Below, piece after piece: positions 1 to 9,324 of a stretch of 37,894 bases of DNA. The notes under the pieces were generated by a model. The model made no database searches and was not told the DNA's origin. It was given only the letters and a program-made list of their open reading frames with translations. The position numbers and the translations under genes were made by a program. The stretch is from a virus (taxonomy: Duplodnaviria; Heunggongvirae; Uroviricota; Caudoviricetes): IMG/VR virus record IMGVR_UViG_2606217109_000004; one strand, written 5' to 3'. Each line of letters opens with the position of its first letter. The stretch's first letter is position 1.

Positions 1-1152
1 TCAATCTGTCAATGCAACACCCCTTTCAATTATCTCTTTCGGTGTTTTGAACTTCAGTGTCTTTCTCGGTCTGTTGTTTAGCTGAGCAGCAACCAGATCT
101 AGTTCATGTTGAGTATATTGGGCAAGACATGTCTTTTTAGGAAAGTACTGCCGAATTAGCCCATTTGTGTTCTCATTTGTTCCCCGCTGCCAAGGACTCT
201 GAGGATCGCAGAAGTAAACTTTAACGCCGGTGCTGACAGTAAATTCTAGATGTCTGGCCAGTTCCATTCCTCTGTCCCATGTCAGTGATTTTCTGAGTTC
301 TGACGGTAAACTCAGGAATTTGTCGGTAAGAGCCTGATTTACTGAGACAGAATCTTTGCCCCTGAGTCTAAGGATGATCGTATAACGTGATTTTCGGTCT
401 ACAAGTGTGGCTATATGAGAGTTTTTTGTACCTGAGACTAAATCGCCCTCCCAATGTCCCAGAGAGCGTCTGTTATCGATATTTCGGGAACGTTCGTGAA
501 TTGGTGTTCCGTTCACTATGTTAATCGTACCTCTTTCGCCTTTGCGGGTATGACGCCTGCCATGGCGAAGGCTATGCGACCGTCGCAGATGCTGTATATT
601 CAGGTGGTGTAGCGCTTCACGGCTACGAAAGTACAGCGTTTTATAAATTGTCTCAGGTGATATTCGCAGCGTTTTTTGACGTGGTTTTGTTCGCCTTAAC
701 CATCCTGATATTTGCTCTGGAGACCATTTCATCTCCAGCTTTTCCAGAACAAGCTTTCGCAATGGTAAATTTTGATCCAGTAAGCACGGTTTTGGCCTTT
801 TCGCCATTCTGTTGGCTCGGTTATTAGCATCAACAGCTTTGTAATAGCGTCTGCCCCGATTACGCTGAACTTCACGTGAGATCGTCGAAGGACTGCGATT
901 CAGCGCAGTAGCTATCGCACGAATGCTCATTTTGGCTGACAAACCAGCTCGTATCTCCTCGCGCTCAGACAGTGTCAGGTGAGCTACAGCCCGCTTACGC
1001 TCATGGGGTTTTATGCCGCCAGTATCCCTTAACATAGTGAAGATCGTTCCGGGTTTTGAACCCAGGATATTCGCTATTTCACTGAAGCCTGTTCCGTTCT
1101 TCCATAGTTCAAAAACAGAGGCTTTTTCCTCTGCTGTAAATGTTCGTCTCAT
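1..1152 (-). CDS. insI: IS30 transposase
   Basis: 383-aa ORF with N-terminal HTH and C-terminal DDE-type region; translation recognised as IS30 InsI. Confidence 0.92.
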   Translation of the reverse strand: MRRTFTAEEKASVFELWKNGTGFSEIANILGSKPGTIFTMLRDTGGIKPHERKRAVAHLTLSEREEIRAGLSAKMSIRAIATALNRSPSTISREVQRNRGRRYYKAVDANNRANRMAKRPKPCLLDQNLPLRKLVLEKLEMKWSPEQISGWLRRTKPRQKTLRISPETIYKTLYFRSREALHHLNIQHLRRSHSLRHGRRHTRKGERGTINIVNGTPIHERSRNIDNRRSLGHWEGDLVSGTKNSHIATLVDRKSRYTIILRLRGKDSVSVNQALTDKFLSLPSELRKSLTWDRGMELARHLEFTVSTGVKVYFCDPQSPWQRGTNENTNGLIRQYFPKKTCLAQYTQHELDLVAAQLNNRPRKTLKFKTPKEIIERGVALTD

Positions 1153-1214
1153 TCAAAAAACCTCCGCAACCCCATGTTTTCACATAACTGTTGCATTGAC
1201 CAATTGAATCTACA
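1..1214 (-). mobile_element. IS30 insertion sequence, nearly full length (cut by window start); terminal inverted repeat ends at about 1214
   Basis: 383-aa ORF matches IS30 transposase; sequence at 1170-1214 is the reverse complement of the IS30 terminal repeat as I remember it (TGTAGATTCAATTGGTCAATGCAACAG...); element abuts cII-homologous DNA at 1215. Confidence 0.9.
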
Positions 1215-1466
1215 AGTGCGTTGCTTAACAAAATCGCAATGCTTGGAACTGAGAAGACAGCGGAAGCTGTGGGAGTTGATAAGTCGCAGATCAGCAGGTG
1301 GAAGAGAGACTGGATTCCCAAGTTCTCAATGCTGCTTGCTGTTCTTGAATGGGGGGTCGTTGACGACGACATGGCTCGATTGGCGCGACAAGTTGCTGCG
1401 ATTCTCACCAATAAAAAACGCCCGGCGGCAACCGAGCGTTCTGAACAAATCCAGATGGAGTTCTGA
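1215..1466 (+). pseudogene. cII: cII transcriptional activator, 5'-truncated by the IS30 insertion
   Basis: Translation ...LLNKIAMLGTEKTAEAVGVDKSQISRWKRDWIPKFSMLLAVLEWGVVDDDMARLARQVAAILTNKKRPAATERSEQIQMEF matches lambda CII from about residue 16 onward; the first ~15 codons are replaced by the IS30 end. Confidence 0.85.
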
Positions 1467-1498
1467 GGTCATTACTGGATCTATCAACAGGAGTCATT

Positions 1499-2398
1499 AT
1501 GACAAATACAGCAAAAATACTCAACTTCGGCAGAGGTAACTTTGCCGGACAGGAGCGTAATGTGGCAGATCTCGATGATGGTTACGCCAGACTATCAAAT
1601 ATGCTGCTTGAGGCTTATTCGGGCGCAGATCTGACCAAGCGACAGTTTAAAGTGCTGCTTGCCATTCTGCGTAAAACCTATGGGTGGAATAAACCAATGG
1701 ACAGAATCACCGATTCTCAACTTAGCGAGATTACAAAGTTACCTGTCAAACGGTGCAATGAAGCCAAGTTAGAACTCGTCAGAATGAATATTATCAAGCA
1801 GCAAGGCGGCATGTTTGGACCAAATAAAAACATCTCAGAATGGTGTATCCCTCAAAACGAGGGAAAATCCCCTAAAACGAGGGATAAAACATCCCTCAAA
1901 TTGGGGGATTGCTATCCCTCAAAACAGGGGGACACAAAAGACACTATTACAAAAGAAAAAAGAAAAGATTATTCGTCCGAGAATTCTGGCGAATCCTCTG
2001 ACCAGCCAGAAAACGACCTTTCTGTGGTGAAACCGGATGCTGCAATTCAGAGCGGCAGCAAGTGGGGGACAGCAGAAGACCTGACCGCCGCAGAGTGGAT
2101 GTTTGACATGGTGAAGACCATCGCGCCATCAGCCAGAAAACCGAATTTTGCAGGGTGGGCTAACGATATCCGCCTGATGCGTGAACGTGACGGACGTAAC
2201 CACCGCGACATGTGCGTGCTGTTCCGCTGGGCATGCCAGGACAACTTCTGGTCCGGTAACGTGCTTAGCCCGGCCAAACTCCGCGACAAGTGGACCCAGC
2301 TCGAAATCAACCGTAACAAGCAACAGGCAGTCGTGACAGCCAGCAAACCAAAACTCGACCTGACAAACACAGACTGGATTTACGGGGTGGATCTATGA
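1499..2398 (+). CDS. O: Replication initiator protein O
   Basis: 299-aa translation matches lambda O; contains the ori iterons internally. Confidence 0.95.
   Translation: MTNTAKILNFGRGNFAGQERNVADLDDGYARLSNMLLEAYSGADLTKRQFKVLLAILRKTYGWNKPMDRITDSQLSEITKLPVKRCNEAKLELVRMNIIKQQGGMFGPNKNISEWCIPQNEGKSPKTRDKTSLKLGDCYPSKQGDTKDTITKEKRKDYSSENSGESSDQPENDLSVVKPDAAIQSGSKWGTAEDLTAAEWMFDMVKTIAPSARKPNFAGWANDIRLMRERDGRNHRDMCVLFRWACQDNFWSGNVLSPAKLRDKWTQLEINRNKQQAVVTASKPKLDLTNTDWIYGVDL
1846..1976. promoter_or_regulatory. Lambda-type origin of replication: four ~19-bp iterons (ATCCCTCAAAACGAGGG-like) followed by an A/T-rich region
   Basis: Four tandem imperfect repeats tccctcaaaacgaggg / tcccctaaaacgaggg / tccctcaaattggggg / tccctcaaaacaggggg, then cacaaaagacactattacaaaagaaaaaagaaaagatta, inside O. 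Confidence 0.8.
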
Positions 2399-3096
2399 AA
2401 AACATCGCCGCACAGATGGTTAACTTTGACCGTGAGCAGATGCGCCGGATCGCCAACAACATGCCGGAACAGTACGACGAAAAGCCGCAGGTACAGCAGG
2501 TAGCGCAGATCATCAACGGTGTGTTCAGCCAGTTACTGGCAACTTTCCCGGCGAGCCTGGCTAACCGTGACCAGAACGAAGTGAACGAAATCCGTCGCCA
2601 GTGGGTTCTGGCTTTTCGGGAAAACGGGATCACCACGATGGAACAGGTTAACGCAGGAATGCGCGTAGCCCGTCGGCAGAATCGACCATTTCTGCCATCA
2701 CCCGGGCAGTTTGTTGCATGGTGCCGGGAAGAAGCATCCGTTATCGCCGGACTGCCAAACGTCAGCGAGCTGGTTGATATGGTTTACGAGTATTGCCGGA
2801 AGCGAGGCCTGTATCCGGATGCGGAGTCTTATCCGTGGAAATCAAACGCGCACTACTGGCTGGTTACCAACCTGTATCAGAACATGCGGGCCAATGCGCT
2901 TACTGATGCGGAATTACGGCGCAAGGCTGCCGATGAACTGACCTGTATGACAGCGCGAATTAACCGTGGTGAGGCGATCCCTGAACCAGTAAAACAACTT
3001 CCTGTCATGGGCAGAAGACCTCTAAATCGTGCACAGGCTCTGGCGAAGATCGCAGAACTCAAAGCTAAGTTCGGACTGAAAGGAGCAAGTGTATGA
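2395..3096 (+). CDS. P: Replication protein P (DnaB helicase loader)
   Basis: 233-aa translation matches lambda P; start overlaps O stop (ATGA). Confidence 0.95.
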   Translation: MKNIAAQMVNFDREQMRRIANNMPEQYDEKPQVQQVAQIINGVFSQLLATFPASLANRDQNEVNEIRRQWVLAFRENGITTMEQVNAGMRVARRQNRPFLPSPGQFVAWCREEASVIAGLPNVSELVDMVYEYCRKRGLYPDAESYPWKSNAHYWLVTNLYQNMRANALTDAELRRKAADELTCMTARINRGEAIPEPVKQLPVMGRRPLNRAQALAKIAELKAKFGLKGASV

Positions 3097-3383
3097 CGGG
3101 CAAAGAGGCAATTATTCATTACCTGGGGACGCATAATAGCTTCTGTGCGCCGGACGTTGCCGCGCTAACAGGCGCAACAGTAACCAGCATAAATCAGGCC
3201 GCGGCTAAAATGGCACGGGCAGGTCTTCTGGTTATCGAAGGTAAGGTCTGGCGAACGGTGTATTACCGGTTTGCTACCAAGGAAGAACGGGAAGGAAAGA
3301 TGAGCACGAACCTGATTTTTAAGGAGTGTCGCCAGAGTGCCGCGATGAAACGGGTATTGGCGGTATATGGAGTTAAAAGATGA
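3093..3383 (+). CDS. ren: Ren protein
   Basis: 96-aa translation matches lambda Ren; overlaps P stop. Confidence 0.9.
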   Translation: MTGKEAIIHYLGTHNSFCAPDVAALTGATVTSINQAAAKMARAGLLVIEGKVWRTVYYRFATKEEREGKMSTNLIFKECRQSAAMKRVLAVYGVKR

Positions 3384-3456
3384 CCATCTACATCACTGAG
3401 CTAATAACAGGCCTGCTGGTAATCGCAGGCCTTTTTATTTGGGGGAGAGGGAAGTC

Positions 3457-3897
3457 ATGAAAAAACTAACCTTTGAAATTCGATCTCCAGCACATCAGCA
3501 GAACGCCATTCAAGCTATCCAGCAAATCCTTCCAGACCCAACCAAACCAATCGTAGTAACCATTCAGGAACGCAACCGCAGCTTAGACCAGAATCGAAAG
3601 CTTTGGGCTTGCCTTGGTGACGTCTCTCGTCAGGTTGAATGGCATGGTCGCTGGCTGGATGCAGAAAGCTGGAAGTGCGTTTTTACAGCAGCATTAAAGC
3701 AGCAGGACGTTGTTCCTAACCTTGCCGGGAATGGCTTTGTGGTAATAGGCCAGTCAACCAGCAGGATGCGTGTAAGCGAATTTGCGGAGCTATTAGAGCT
3801 TATACAGGCATTCGGTACAGAGCGTGGCGTTAAGTGGTCAGACGAAGCGCGACTAGCTCTCGAATGGAAAGCGCGATGGGGAGATCGGGCTGCATGA
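3457..3897 (+). CDS. ninB: NinB (Orf-family recombination mediator)
   Basis: Translation MKKLTFEIRSPAHQQNAIQ... matches lambda NinB; start chosen at MKKLT (the six-frame ORF begins 18 nt upstream). Confidence 0.9.
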   Translation: MKKLTFEIRSPAHQQNAIQAIQQILPDPTKPIVVTIQERNRSLDQNRKLWACLGDVSRQVEWHGRWLDAESWKCVFTAALKQQDVVPNLAGNGFVVIGQSTSRMRVSEFAELLELIQAFGTERGVKWSDEARLALEWKARWGDRAA

Positions 3898-4421
3898 CTA
3901 TCAAATCAAATACGCCAGCACACGACAAGGACTGCTGGCAAACGCCGCTTTGGCTTTTTGATGCACTGGATATTGAGTTTGGATTCTGGCTGGATTCGGC
4001 AGCGAGCGACAAAAATGCTCTGTGCGCTCACTGGTTAACTGAGGCCGACGACGCGCTAAATTCTGAGTGGATAAGCCACGGTGCAATCTGGAATAACCCA
4101 CCGTACAGCAATATCAGGCCGTGGGTGGAAAAAGCCGCTGAGCAGTGCATACAACAGCGACAGACGGTAGTGATGCTTGTGCCAGAGGATATGTCTGTCG
4201 GATGGTTCAGCAAGGCTCTGGAGAGTATTGACGAAGTTCGCATCATCACTGATGGACGGATTAATTTTATCGAACCATCGACAGGGCTGGAGAAGAAGGG
4301 AAACAGCAAAGGTTCCATGCTGCTGATTTGGCGACCGTTCATCAGTCCTCGACGGATGTTTACTACCGTATCCAAAGCGGCATTGATGGCGATCGGGCAG
4401 GGCGTCAGGAGGGCTGCATGA
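3894..4421 (+). CDS. Phage-type DNA N6-adenine methyltransferase (Dam-like), no visible partner restriction enzyme
   Basis: ~175-aa ORF with catalytic NPPY motif (IWNNPPYSN) and a CWQTP N-terminal motif typical of phage Dam-family methyltransferases; start overlaps ninB stop and stop overlaps ninE start. Confidence 0.8.
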   Translation: MTIKSNTPAHDKDCWQTPLWLFDALDIEFGFWLDSAASDKNALCAHWLTEADDALNSEWISHGAIWNNPPYSNIRPWVEKAAEQCIQQRQTVVMLVPEDMSVGWFSKALESIDEVRIITDGRINFIEPSTGLEKKGNSKGSMLLIWRPFISPRRMFTTVSKAALMAIGQGVRRAA

Positions 4422-4594
4422 GACGACAGCGGCGAAGTTTCACCGACATCATCTGCGAAAACTGCAAATACCTTCCAACGAAACGCTCCAGAAATAAACG
4501 CAAGCCAATCCCAAAAGAATCTGACGTAAAAACCTTCAACTACACGGCTCACCTGTGGGATATCCGGTGGCTAAGACATCGTGCGAGGAAATGA
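4418..4594 (+). CDS. ninE: NinE
   Basis: Translation [58 protein letters not shown] matches lambda NinE. Confidence 0.8.
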   Translation: MRRQRRSFTDIICENCKYLPTKRSRNKRKPIPKESDVKTFNYTAHLWDIRWLRHRARK

Positions 4595-4596
4595 CA

Positions 4597-4938
4597 ATGG
4601 ATTATTCACAGTTAAGTGATTTTGAAATTAACCGAATGGTAGGAGACATAATTTTTAAAGGCCTTTGGGCATGTAAGCCTGAAACATCAGGGAATAACAC
4701 CAACAAATGGTATTACGGAAATGCCGATGTAAGTCTTGAGCCATTAAACCCTTTGCCTGACTACTGCAATGATCCGAGCGCTTCATGGCCGATTATTGAG
4801 AAATACAGGATTTCTATCTTAGACCAGTTAACTGAATGGTGTGTGGATGCAAAAGGCGTAAGCCCAATATTTGATACCAGACCTCTCCGCGCCGCCATGA
4901 TTGTCTTTCTCCTGATGCAGGAGGCCAATAATGCTTAG
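4597..4938 (+). CDS. Hypothetical nin-region protein (small phage protein, family not identified)
   Basis: ~113-aa ORF directly after ninE with AGGAAA ribosome-binding site; alternative start at 4555 or 4591. Confidence 0.5.
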   Translation: MDYSQLSDFEINRMVGDIIFKGLWACKPETSGNNTNKWYYGNADVSLEPLNPLPDYCNDPSASWPIIEKYRISILDQLTEWCVDAKGVSPIFDTRPLRAAMIVFLLMQEANNA

Positions 4939-5125
4939 CCCATCTCAATCCCTTCAATACCTGAAAGGAAGCATAGAGCGGGCTTCAATGTGCACAGAGT
5001 GGATTCTATCTAGGTTTAGCGCATACAGAAGATTGCCGGTAAAGGGCATGCCAAGCAAGTCGATGCTGCATATGCAAAAGAATGCGCGCTGGAAGGTATG
5101 GCGAGAACACAGGTTATCTGGCTGA
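4931..5125 (+). CDS. NinF-like small ORF, probably frameshifted or mosaic
   Basis: First ~20 aa ([21 protein letters not shown]) resemble lambda NinF, then diverge; the 3' region encodes a YbcO-like C-terminus ([23 protein letters not shown]) in another frame. Confidence 0.4.
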   Translation: MLSPSQSLQYLKGSIERASMCTEWILSRFSAYRRLPVKGMPSKSMLHMQKNARWKVWREHRLSG

Positions 5126-5144
5126 AAGAGGGGGTTATTAAGGC

Positions 5145-5507
5145 GTGAATACCTACAGCATCACATTACCCTGGCCTCCGAGCAATAATCGCTATTACCG
5201 CCATAATCGCGGGCGCACGCACGTCAGCGCAGAGGGGCAGGCATACCGCGATAACGTCGCCCGAATCATTAAAAACGCAATGCTGGATATCGGCCTGGCT
5301 ATGCCTGTGAAAATCCGCATTGAGTGCCACATGCCGGATCGCCGTCGCCGTGACCTGGATAATCTGCAAAAAGCCGCTTTTGACGCACTCACTAAAGCAG
5401 GTTTCTGGCTGGATGATGCTCAGGTCGTTGATTACCGCGTTGTGAAGATGCCTGTTACCAAAGGTGGGAGGCTGGAACTGACCATCACCGAAATGGGGAA
5501 TGAATGA
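5145..5507 (+). CDS. rusA: RusA Holliday-junction resolvase
   Basis: 120-aa translation matches E. coli DLP12 RusA ([18 protein letters not shown]...); apparent GTG start. Confidence 0.9.
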   Translation: MNTYSITLPWPPSNNRYYRHNRGRTHVSAEGQAYRDNVARIIKNAMLDIGLAMPVKIRIECHMPDRRRRDLDNLQKAAFDALTKAGFWLDDAQVVDYRVVKMPVTKGGRLELTITEMGNE

Positions 5508-5644
5508 TGTTTGAGTTTAATATGGCAGAACTTCTTCGCCACCGCTGGGGGCGTCTGCGCTTATATCGTTTCCCCGGTTCTGTTTTGACCGATTACCGAA
5601 TACTGAAGAATTACGCCAAAACCCTGACAGGAGCAGGAGTATGA
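5504..5644 (+). CDS. ylcG: Small protein YlcG-like
   Basis: 46-codon [49 protein letters not shown] overlapping rusA stop; position matches DLP12 ylcG between rusA and quuD. Confidence 0.5.
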   Translation: MMFEFNMAELLRHRWGRLRLYRFPGSVLTDYRILKNYAKTLTGAGV

Positions 5645-5729
5645 AGTCAGAGATAACAATCAACTAATACTGTTTTGTTGATTTTTGCTTGTAATTGGCG
5701 TTCTGGTCTGATTTTTGTGGAGTAAGTTG

Positions 5730-6113
5730 ATGCGTGATATTCAGATGGTTCTTGAGCGTTGGGGAGCGTGGGCGGCTAATAATCATGAAGATGTGACCTG
5801 GTCGTCCATTGCCGCCGGTTTTAAGGGATTAATTACTTCAAAAGTAAAATCTCGCCCGCAATGTTGTGACGATGACGCGATGATTATTTGCGGGTGCATG
5901 GCCCGTCTGAAAAAGAACAACAGCGATTTGCACGATTTATTAGTAGATTATTATGTAGTCGGTATGACATTCATGTCACTGGCAGGTAAGCATTGCTGCT
6001 CTGATGGTTATATCGGGAAAAGGTTACAGAAGGCTGAGGGCATAATTGAAGGGATGTTAATGGCATTAGATATCCGGTTAGAGATGGATATCGTTGTTAA
6101 TAACTCTAATTAA
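5730..6113 (+). CDS. quuD: Late-gene antiterminator Q (DLP12 QuuD-type)
   Basis: Translation [34 protein letters not shown]... matches E. coli QuuD (127 aa). Confidence 0.85.
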   Translation: MRDIQMVLERWGAWAANNHEDVTWSSIAAGFKGLITSKVKSRPQCCDDDAMIICGCMARLKKNNSDLHDLLVDYYVVGMTFMSLAGKHCCSDGYIGKRLQKAEGIIEGMLMALDIRLEMDIVVNNSN

Positions 6114-6146
6114 TATGCCAATTGTTTACTAAAAATTATTAAAAAT

Positions 6147-6164
6147 GGGGCGTTGCAACGCCCC
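6147..6164 (-). terminator. Candidate rho-independent terminator (perfect 18-bp palindrome) for minus-strand transcripts such as nmpC
   Basis: GGGGCGTTGCAACGCCCC, followed on the minus strand by a T-rich tract (ATTTTTAATAATTTTT). Confidence 0.45.
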
Positions 6165-6301
6165 CAAAAATAAAGGGTAATATATAACAGAAGGTTTATA
6201 TAGTTAGAAGCAAGGTTGTGCTCCTAAAGGAAGTGGCTTGAGGGAGCCACTTATATGTTGGGGAGGCAAAGCCTCCCGCAACATATCTTTTAGTAATCAA
6301 A

Positions 6302-7384
6302 TTAGAACTGGTAAACCATACCTACAGCAACGATATCATCGGTAGCAACGCCAGATGCTTTCGTGAAATCGCTCTTATCAATCAGGTTGATTTTGTAATC
6401 AACAAAAGTGGACATATTTTTGTTGAAGTAATAGGTTGCACCTACATCAATATATTCAACCAGGTCCTGATCACCCCACGCACCCAAGTCTTTTCCTTTA
6501 GATTGCAGGTAAGCAACGGACGGACGCAGACCGAAGTCGAACTGATATTGTGCAACTACTTCGAAGTTTTGTGCTTTGTTGGCAATATGGTTATTACCAA
6601 AAACAGTCATGTTCTGGGTTTCAGAATAGGTGGTAGCCAGATAGATGTTGTTCGCATCATATTTCAGACCAGCTGCCCATACTTCAGCATTTTGACCAGA
6701 TGCATTCAGGCTGTTGTTACCGTAGATAACCTGATTATTAGTGCGGTCAGATTTAGCATAGGTTGCACCTACACCGAATCCTTCATACTCATAAGTAGTG
6801 GAGAAACCGAAACCATCACCATTAGCTTCAGTTACGTCAGTGCGGTCATTTTTACCCTGATACTGAGCAGCAAAGTTCAGACCATCAACCAGACCAAAGA
6901 AGTCGTTGTTACGATAAGTTGCAACACCAGTGGTGCGACCAGTCATGAACACATCTGTTTGGGTCCAGGTATCGCCACCGAATTCTGGCAGAACGTCAGT
7001 CCACGCACCGATGTCGTATGCTACACCGTAGTTACGGCCGTAATCGATTGAGCCGTAGTCACCGAATTTCAGGCCTGCAAATGCAAGACGGGTTTTGTCT
7101 TTGGAGGAACCTTGAGATTCAGCGCGGTTGCCTTTGAATTCATATTCCCACTGACCGAAACCAGTCAGTTGATCGTTGATTTGGGTTTCACCTTTGAAGC
7201 CAAGACGGGCATAAGTAGTATCACCATCATCTGCATCATTAGAGGAGAAGTAGTGCTTAGCATTAACTTTCCCGTACAGATCCAGCTTGTTACTGTCTTT
7301 ATTATAAATTTCAGCTGCCTGAGCAGACATCGCCATCAGTACTGATGCAGCTACAGCAGAAATTGCCACTGTTAATTTTTTCAT
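6302..7384 (-). CDS. nmpC: Outer-membrane porin NmpC (OmpC/PhoE family), apparently intact
   Basis: Translation [23 protein letters not shown]|AEIYNKD... with signal peptide and C-terminal ...VYQF typical of general porins; start taken at MKKLT (7384). Confidence 0.9.
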   Translation of the reverse strand: MKKLTVAISAVAASVLMAMSAQAAEIYNKDSNKLDLYGKVNAKHYFSSNDADDGDTTYARLGFKGETQINDQLTGFGQWEYEFKGNRAESQGSSKDKTRLAFAGLKFGDYGSIDYGRNYGVAYDIGAWTDVLPEFGGDTWTQTDVFMTGRTTGVATYRNNDFFGLVDGLNFAAQYQGKNDRTDVTEANGDGFGFSTTYEYEGFGVGATYAKSDRTNNQVIYGNNSLNASGQNAEVWAAGLKYDANNIYLATTYSETQNMTVFGNNHIANKAQNFEVVAQYQFDFGLRPSVAYLQSKGKDLGAWGDQDLVEYIDVGATYYFNKNMSTFVDYKINLIDKSDFTKASGVATDDIVAVGMVYQF

Positions 7385-7811
7385 CGTGAGCCCTTTTTTT
7401 GAACTATTATTAAAAAATGATGTCACTGCGCGATAAATATTCATCTAATCAATGTGATTATTTCAAGATGTAAGTTTTGGTTTCTCATTTGATTTGTGAA
7501 GTAGATCTCTATTTTTATCTGAACTTTTTCTATCGAATCCTATTCATGGCTCTTGGCTGAATAAAAATAAATCTATTAGCCAATTTATATTAATGGCTGT
7601 TATTTATAAGTGCTCTATAATTTGAAGGTTCAATTTAAATCGGCTAAAAATAACGCTGGAAATTATTTGTTGGTTATTTGTTGAGATTTGCTTATGTATT
7701 TGTAGTGGTGTTTTCAATACTCGGTAGCATTCTCGCAAATATCATTTAGTGGTTTACGTACGTAAAAAATTGGTTATGCTGTTAAGAGTGGTTACTTCGT
7801 CACACAGCTTA

Positions 7812-7843
7812 AACCCGCCGTCGAGCGGGTTTTTCCATTTTTT
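7812..7843 (+). terminator. Rho-independent terminator upstream of the lysis genes (candidate tR' of the late operon)
   Basis: Stem AACCCGC / GCGGGTT with CGTCGA loop, followed by TTTTTCCATTTTTT. Confidence 0.55.
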
Positions 7844-7955
7844 GAGTCTCGATATTAGCTGATAACCCAATACCTGAGTTATTCACTGACTCCGAGTCTG
7901 TTACGTTTCGTAGTATTCCCTCAATTTACACCCGCTTTGTCTGCGAGGTGGGGTT

Positions 7956-8171
7956 ATGAAATCCATGGATAAGTTAACAACGGGTGTCGCCTATGGCACC
8001 TCAGCAGGTAGTGCCGGGTACTGGTTTTTACAGCTGCTAGATAAAGTCACGCCCTCACAGTGGGCGGCAATTGGAGTGCTGGGTAGCCTGGTATTTGGCC
8101 TGCTGACGTACCTGACAAACCTTTATTTCAAGATTAAAGAAGATAAGCGCAAGGCTGCGAGAGGTGAATAA
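7956..8171 (+). CDS. essD: Holin (phage 21 S-type, DLP12 EssD)
   Basis: 71-aa membrane protein [26 protein letters not shown]... matches EssD; two hydrophobic segments. Confidence 0.85.
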
Positions 8172-8668
8172 TGCCTCCATCATTACGAAAAGCCGTTGCT
8201 GCTGCTATTGGTGGCGGAGCAATTGCTATAGCATCAGTGTTAATCACTGGCCCAAGTGGTAACGATGGTCTGGAAGGTGTCAGCTACATACCATACAAAG
8301 ATATTGTTGGTGTATGGACTGTATGTCACGGGCATACAGGAAAAGACATCATGCTCGGTAAAACGTATACCAAAGCAGAATGCAAAGCCCTCCTGAATAA
8401 AGACCTTGCCACGGTCGCCAGACAAATTAACCCGTACATCAAAGTCGATATACCGGAAACAATGCGCGGCGCTCTTTACTCATTCGTTTACAACGTGGGT
8501 GCTGGCAATTTCAGAACATCGACGCTTCTTCGCAAAATAAACCAGGGCGATATCAAAGGCGCATGTGATCAGCTACGTCGCTGGACATATGCTGGCGGTA
8601 AGCAATGGAAAGGTCTCATGACTCGTCGTGAGATTGAGCGTGAAGTCTGTTTGTGGGGGAAACAATGA
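8171..8668 (+). CDS. rrrD: Endolysin with N-terminal signal-anchor-release domain (T4-lysozyme fold, DLP12 RrrD)
   Basis: 165-aa ORF with Gly/Ala-rich N-terminal hydrophobic segment then lysozyme-like domain; start overlaps essD stop. Confidence 0.9.
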   Translation: MPPSLRKAVAAAIGGGAIAIASVLITGPSGNDGLEGVSYIPYKDIVGVWTVCHGHTGKDIMLGKTYTKAECKALLNKDLATVARQINPYIKVDIPETMRGALYSFVYNVGAGNFRTSTLLRKINQGDIKGACDQLRRWTYAGGKQWKGLMTRREIEREVCLWGKQ

Positions 8669-9123
8669 GCAGAGTAACCGCGATTATCTCCGCTCTGGTT
8701 ATCTGCATCATCGTCTGCCTGTCATTGGCTGTTAATCATTACCGTGATAACGCAATCGCCTACAAGGAGCAGCGCGATAACAAGGCCAGTGAACTGGAGA
8801 AGGCGAACGCCACCATCGCTGACATGCGGAAGCGTCAACGTGATGTAGCAGAACTCGACGCAAGATACACAAAGGAGCTTGCTGATGCTAACGCGACTAT
8901 CGAAAGTCTCCGTGCTGATGTTTCTGCTGGGCGTAAGCGCCTGCAAGTCGCCGCCACCTGTGCAAAGTCAACGACCGGAGCCAGCGGCATGGGCGATGGA
9001 GAAAGCCCAGGACTTACAGCAGATGCTGAACTCAATTATTACCGTCTCCGAAGTGGAATCGACAAGATAACCGCGCAGGTTAACTACCTGCAGGAATACA
9101 TCAGGACGCAATGCCTGAAATAA
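8665..9123 (+). CDS. rzpD: Inner-membrane spanin subunit Rz
   Basis: Translation [20 protein letters not shown]... with N-terminal transmembrane segment and coiled-coil; matches RzpD. Confidence 0.85.
   Translation: MSRVTAIISALVICIIVCLSLAVNHYRDNAIAYKEQRDNKASELEKANATIADMRKRQRDVAELDARYTKELADANATIESLRADVSAGRKRLQVAATCAKSTTGASGMGDGESPGLTADAELNYYRLRSGIDKITAQVNYLQEYIRTQCLK
8879..9070 (+). CDS. rzoD: Outer-membrane lipoprotein spanin subunit Rz1, embedded in the +1 frame of Rz
   Basis: 63-aa ORF entirely inside rzpD; signal peptide with lipobox LLGVSAC and proline-rich mature region. Confidence 0.7.
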   Translation: MLMLTRLSKVSVLMFLLGVSACKSPPPVQSQRPEPAAWAMEKAQDLQQMLNSIITVSEVESTR

Positions 9124-9154
9124 TTTTTTTGCAAATCACAAAGTCCATTTAATG

Positions 9155-9210
9155 AGCCTCGCGATGCGGGGCTTTTTGCAATAAATGCGTACCGCAACGC
9201 ATGTTTTTTA
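9155..9210 (+). terminator. Tandem rho-independent terminators after the lysis cassette
   Basis: Imperfect hairpin plus T-run at 9156-9177 and hairpin ATGCGT-ACCGCA-ACGCAT followed by GTTTTTTA at 9185-9210. Confidence 0.6.
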
Positions 9211-9324
9211 CACCGAACCTGCCCCTTTGGAATGGGCCTTTGAGGATACCAGTTAGTGCTGGCGAGCCTCGGTGGGCTGGTTTCCTGTGCGGCAAAGGTT
9301 CATTTCAAAGAGTAGGTACACGCT

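Noticed and set aside
1013-1539. Small overlapping ORFs (64-121 aa) across the IS30 end and cII
   Set aside because: They overlap the IS30 terminal region and the recognised cII frame; only the cII frame carries a recognisable translation.
1846-1976. Tandem direct repeats, considered as a possible CRISPR array
   Set aside because: Only four ~19-bp iterons without spacers, located inside O and followed by an AT-rich tract; this is the lambda-type replication origin. No CRISPR array is present in the window.
6258-6283. Hairpin GGGAGGCAAAGCCTCCC just downstream of the nmpC stop, considered as its terminator
   Set aside because: No T-run follows on the minus strand; the 6147-6164 palindrome with a T-tract is the better terminator candidate, so this one is left uncalled.
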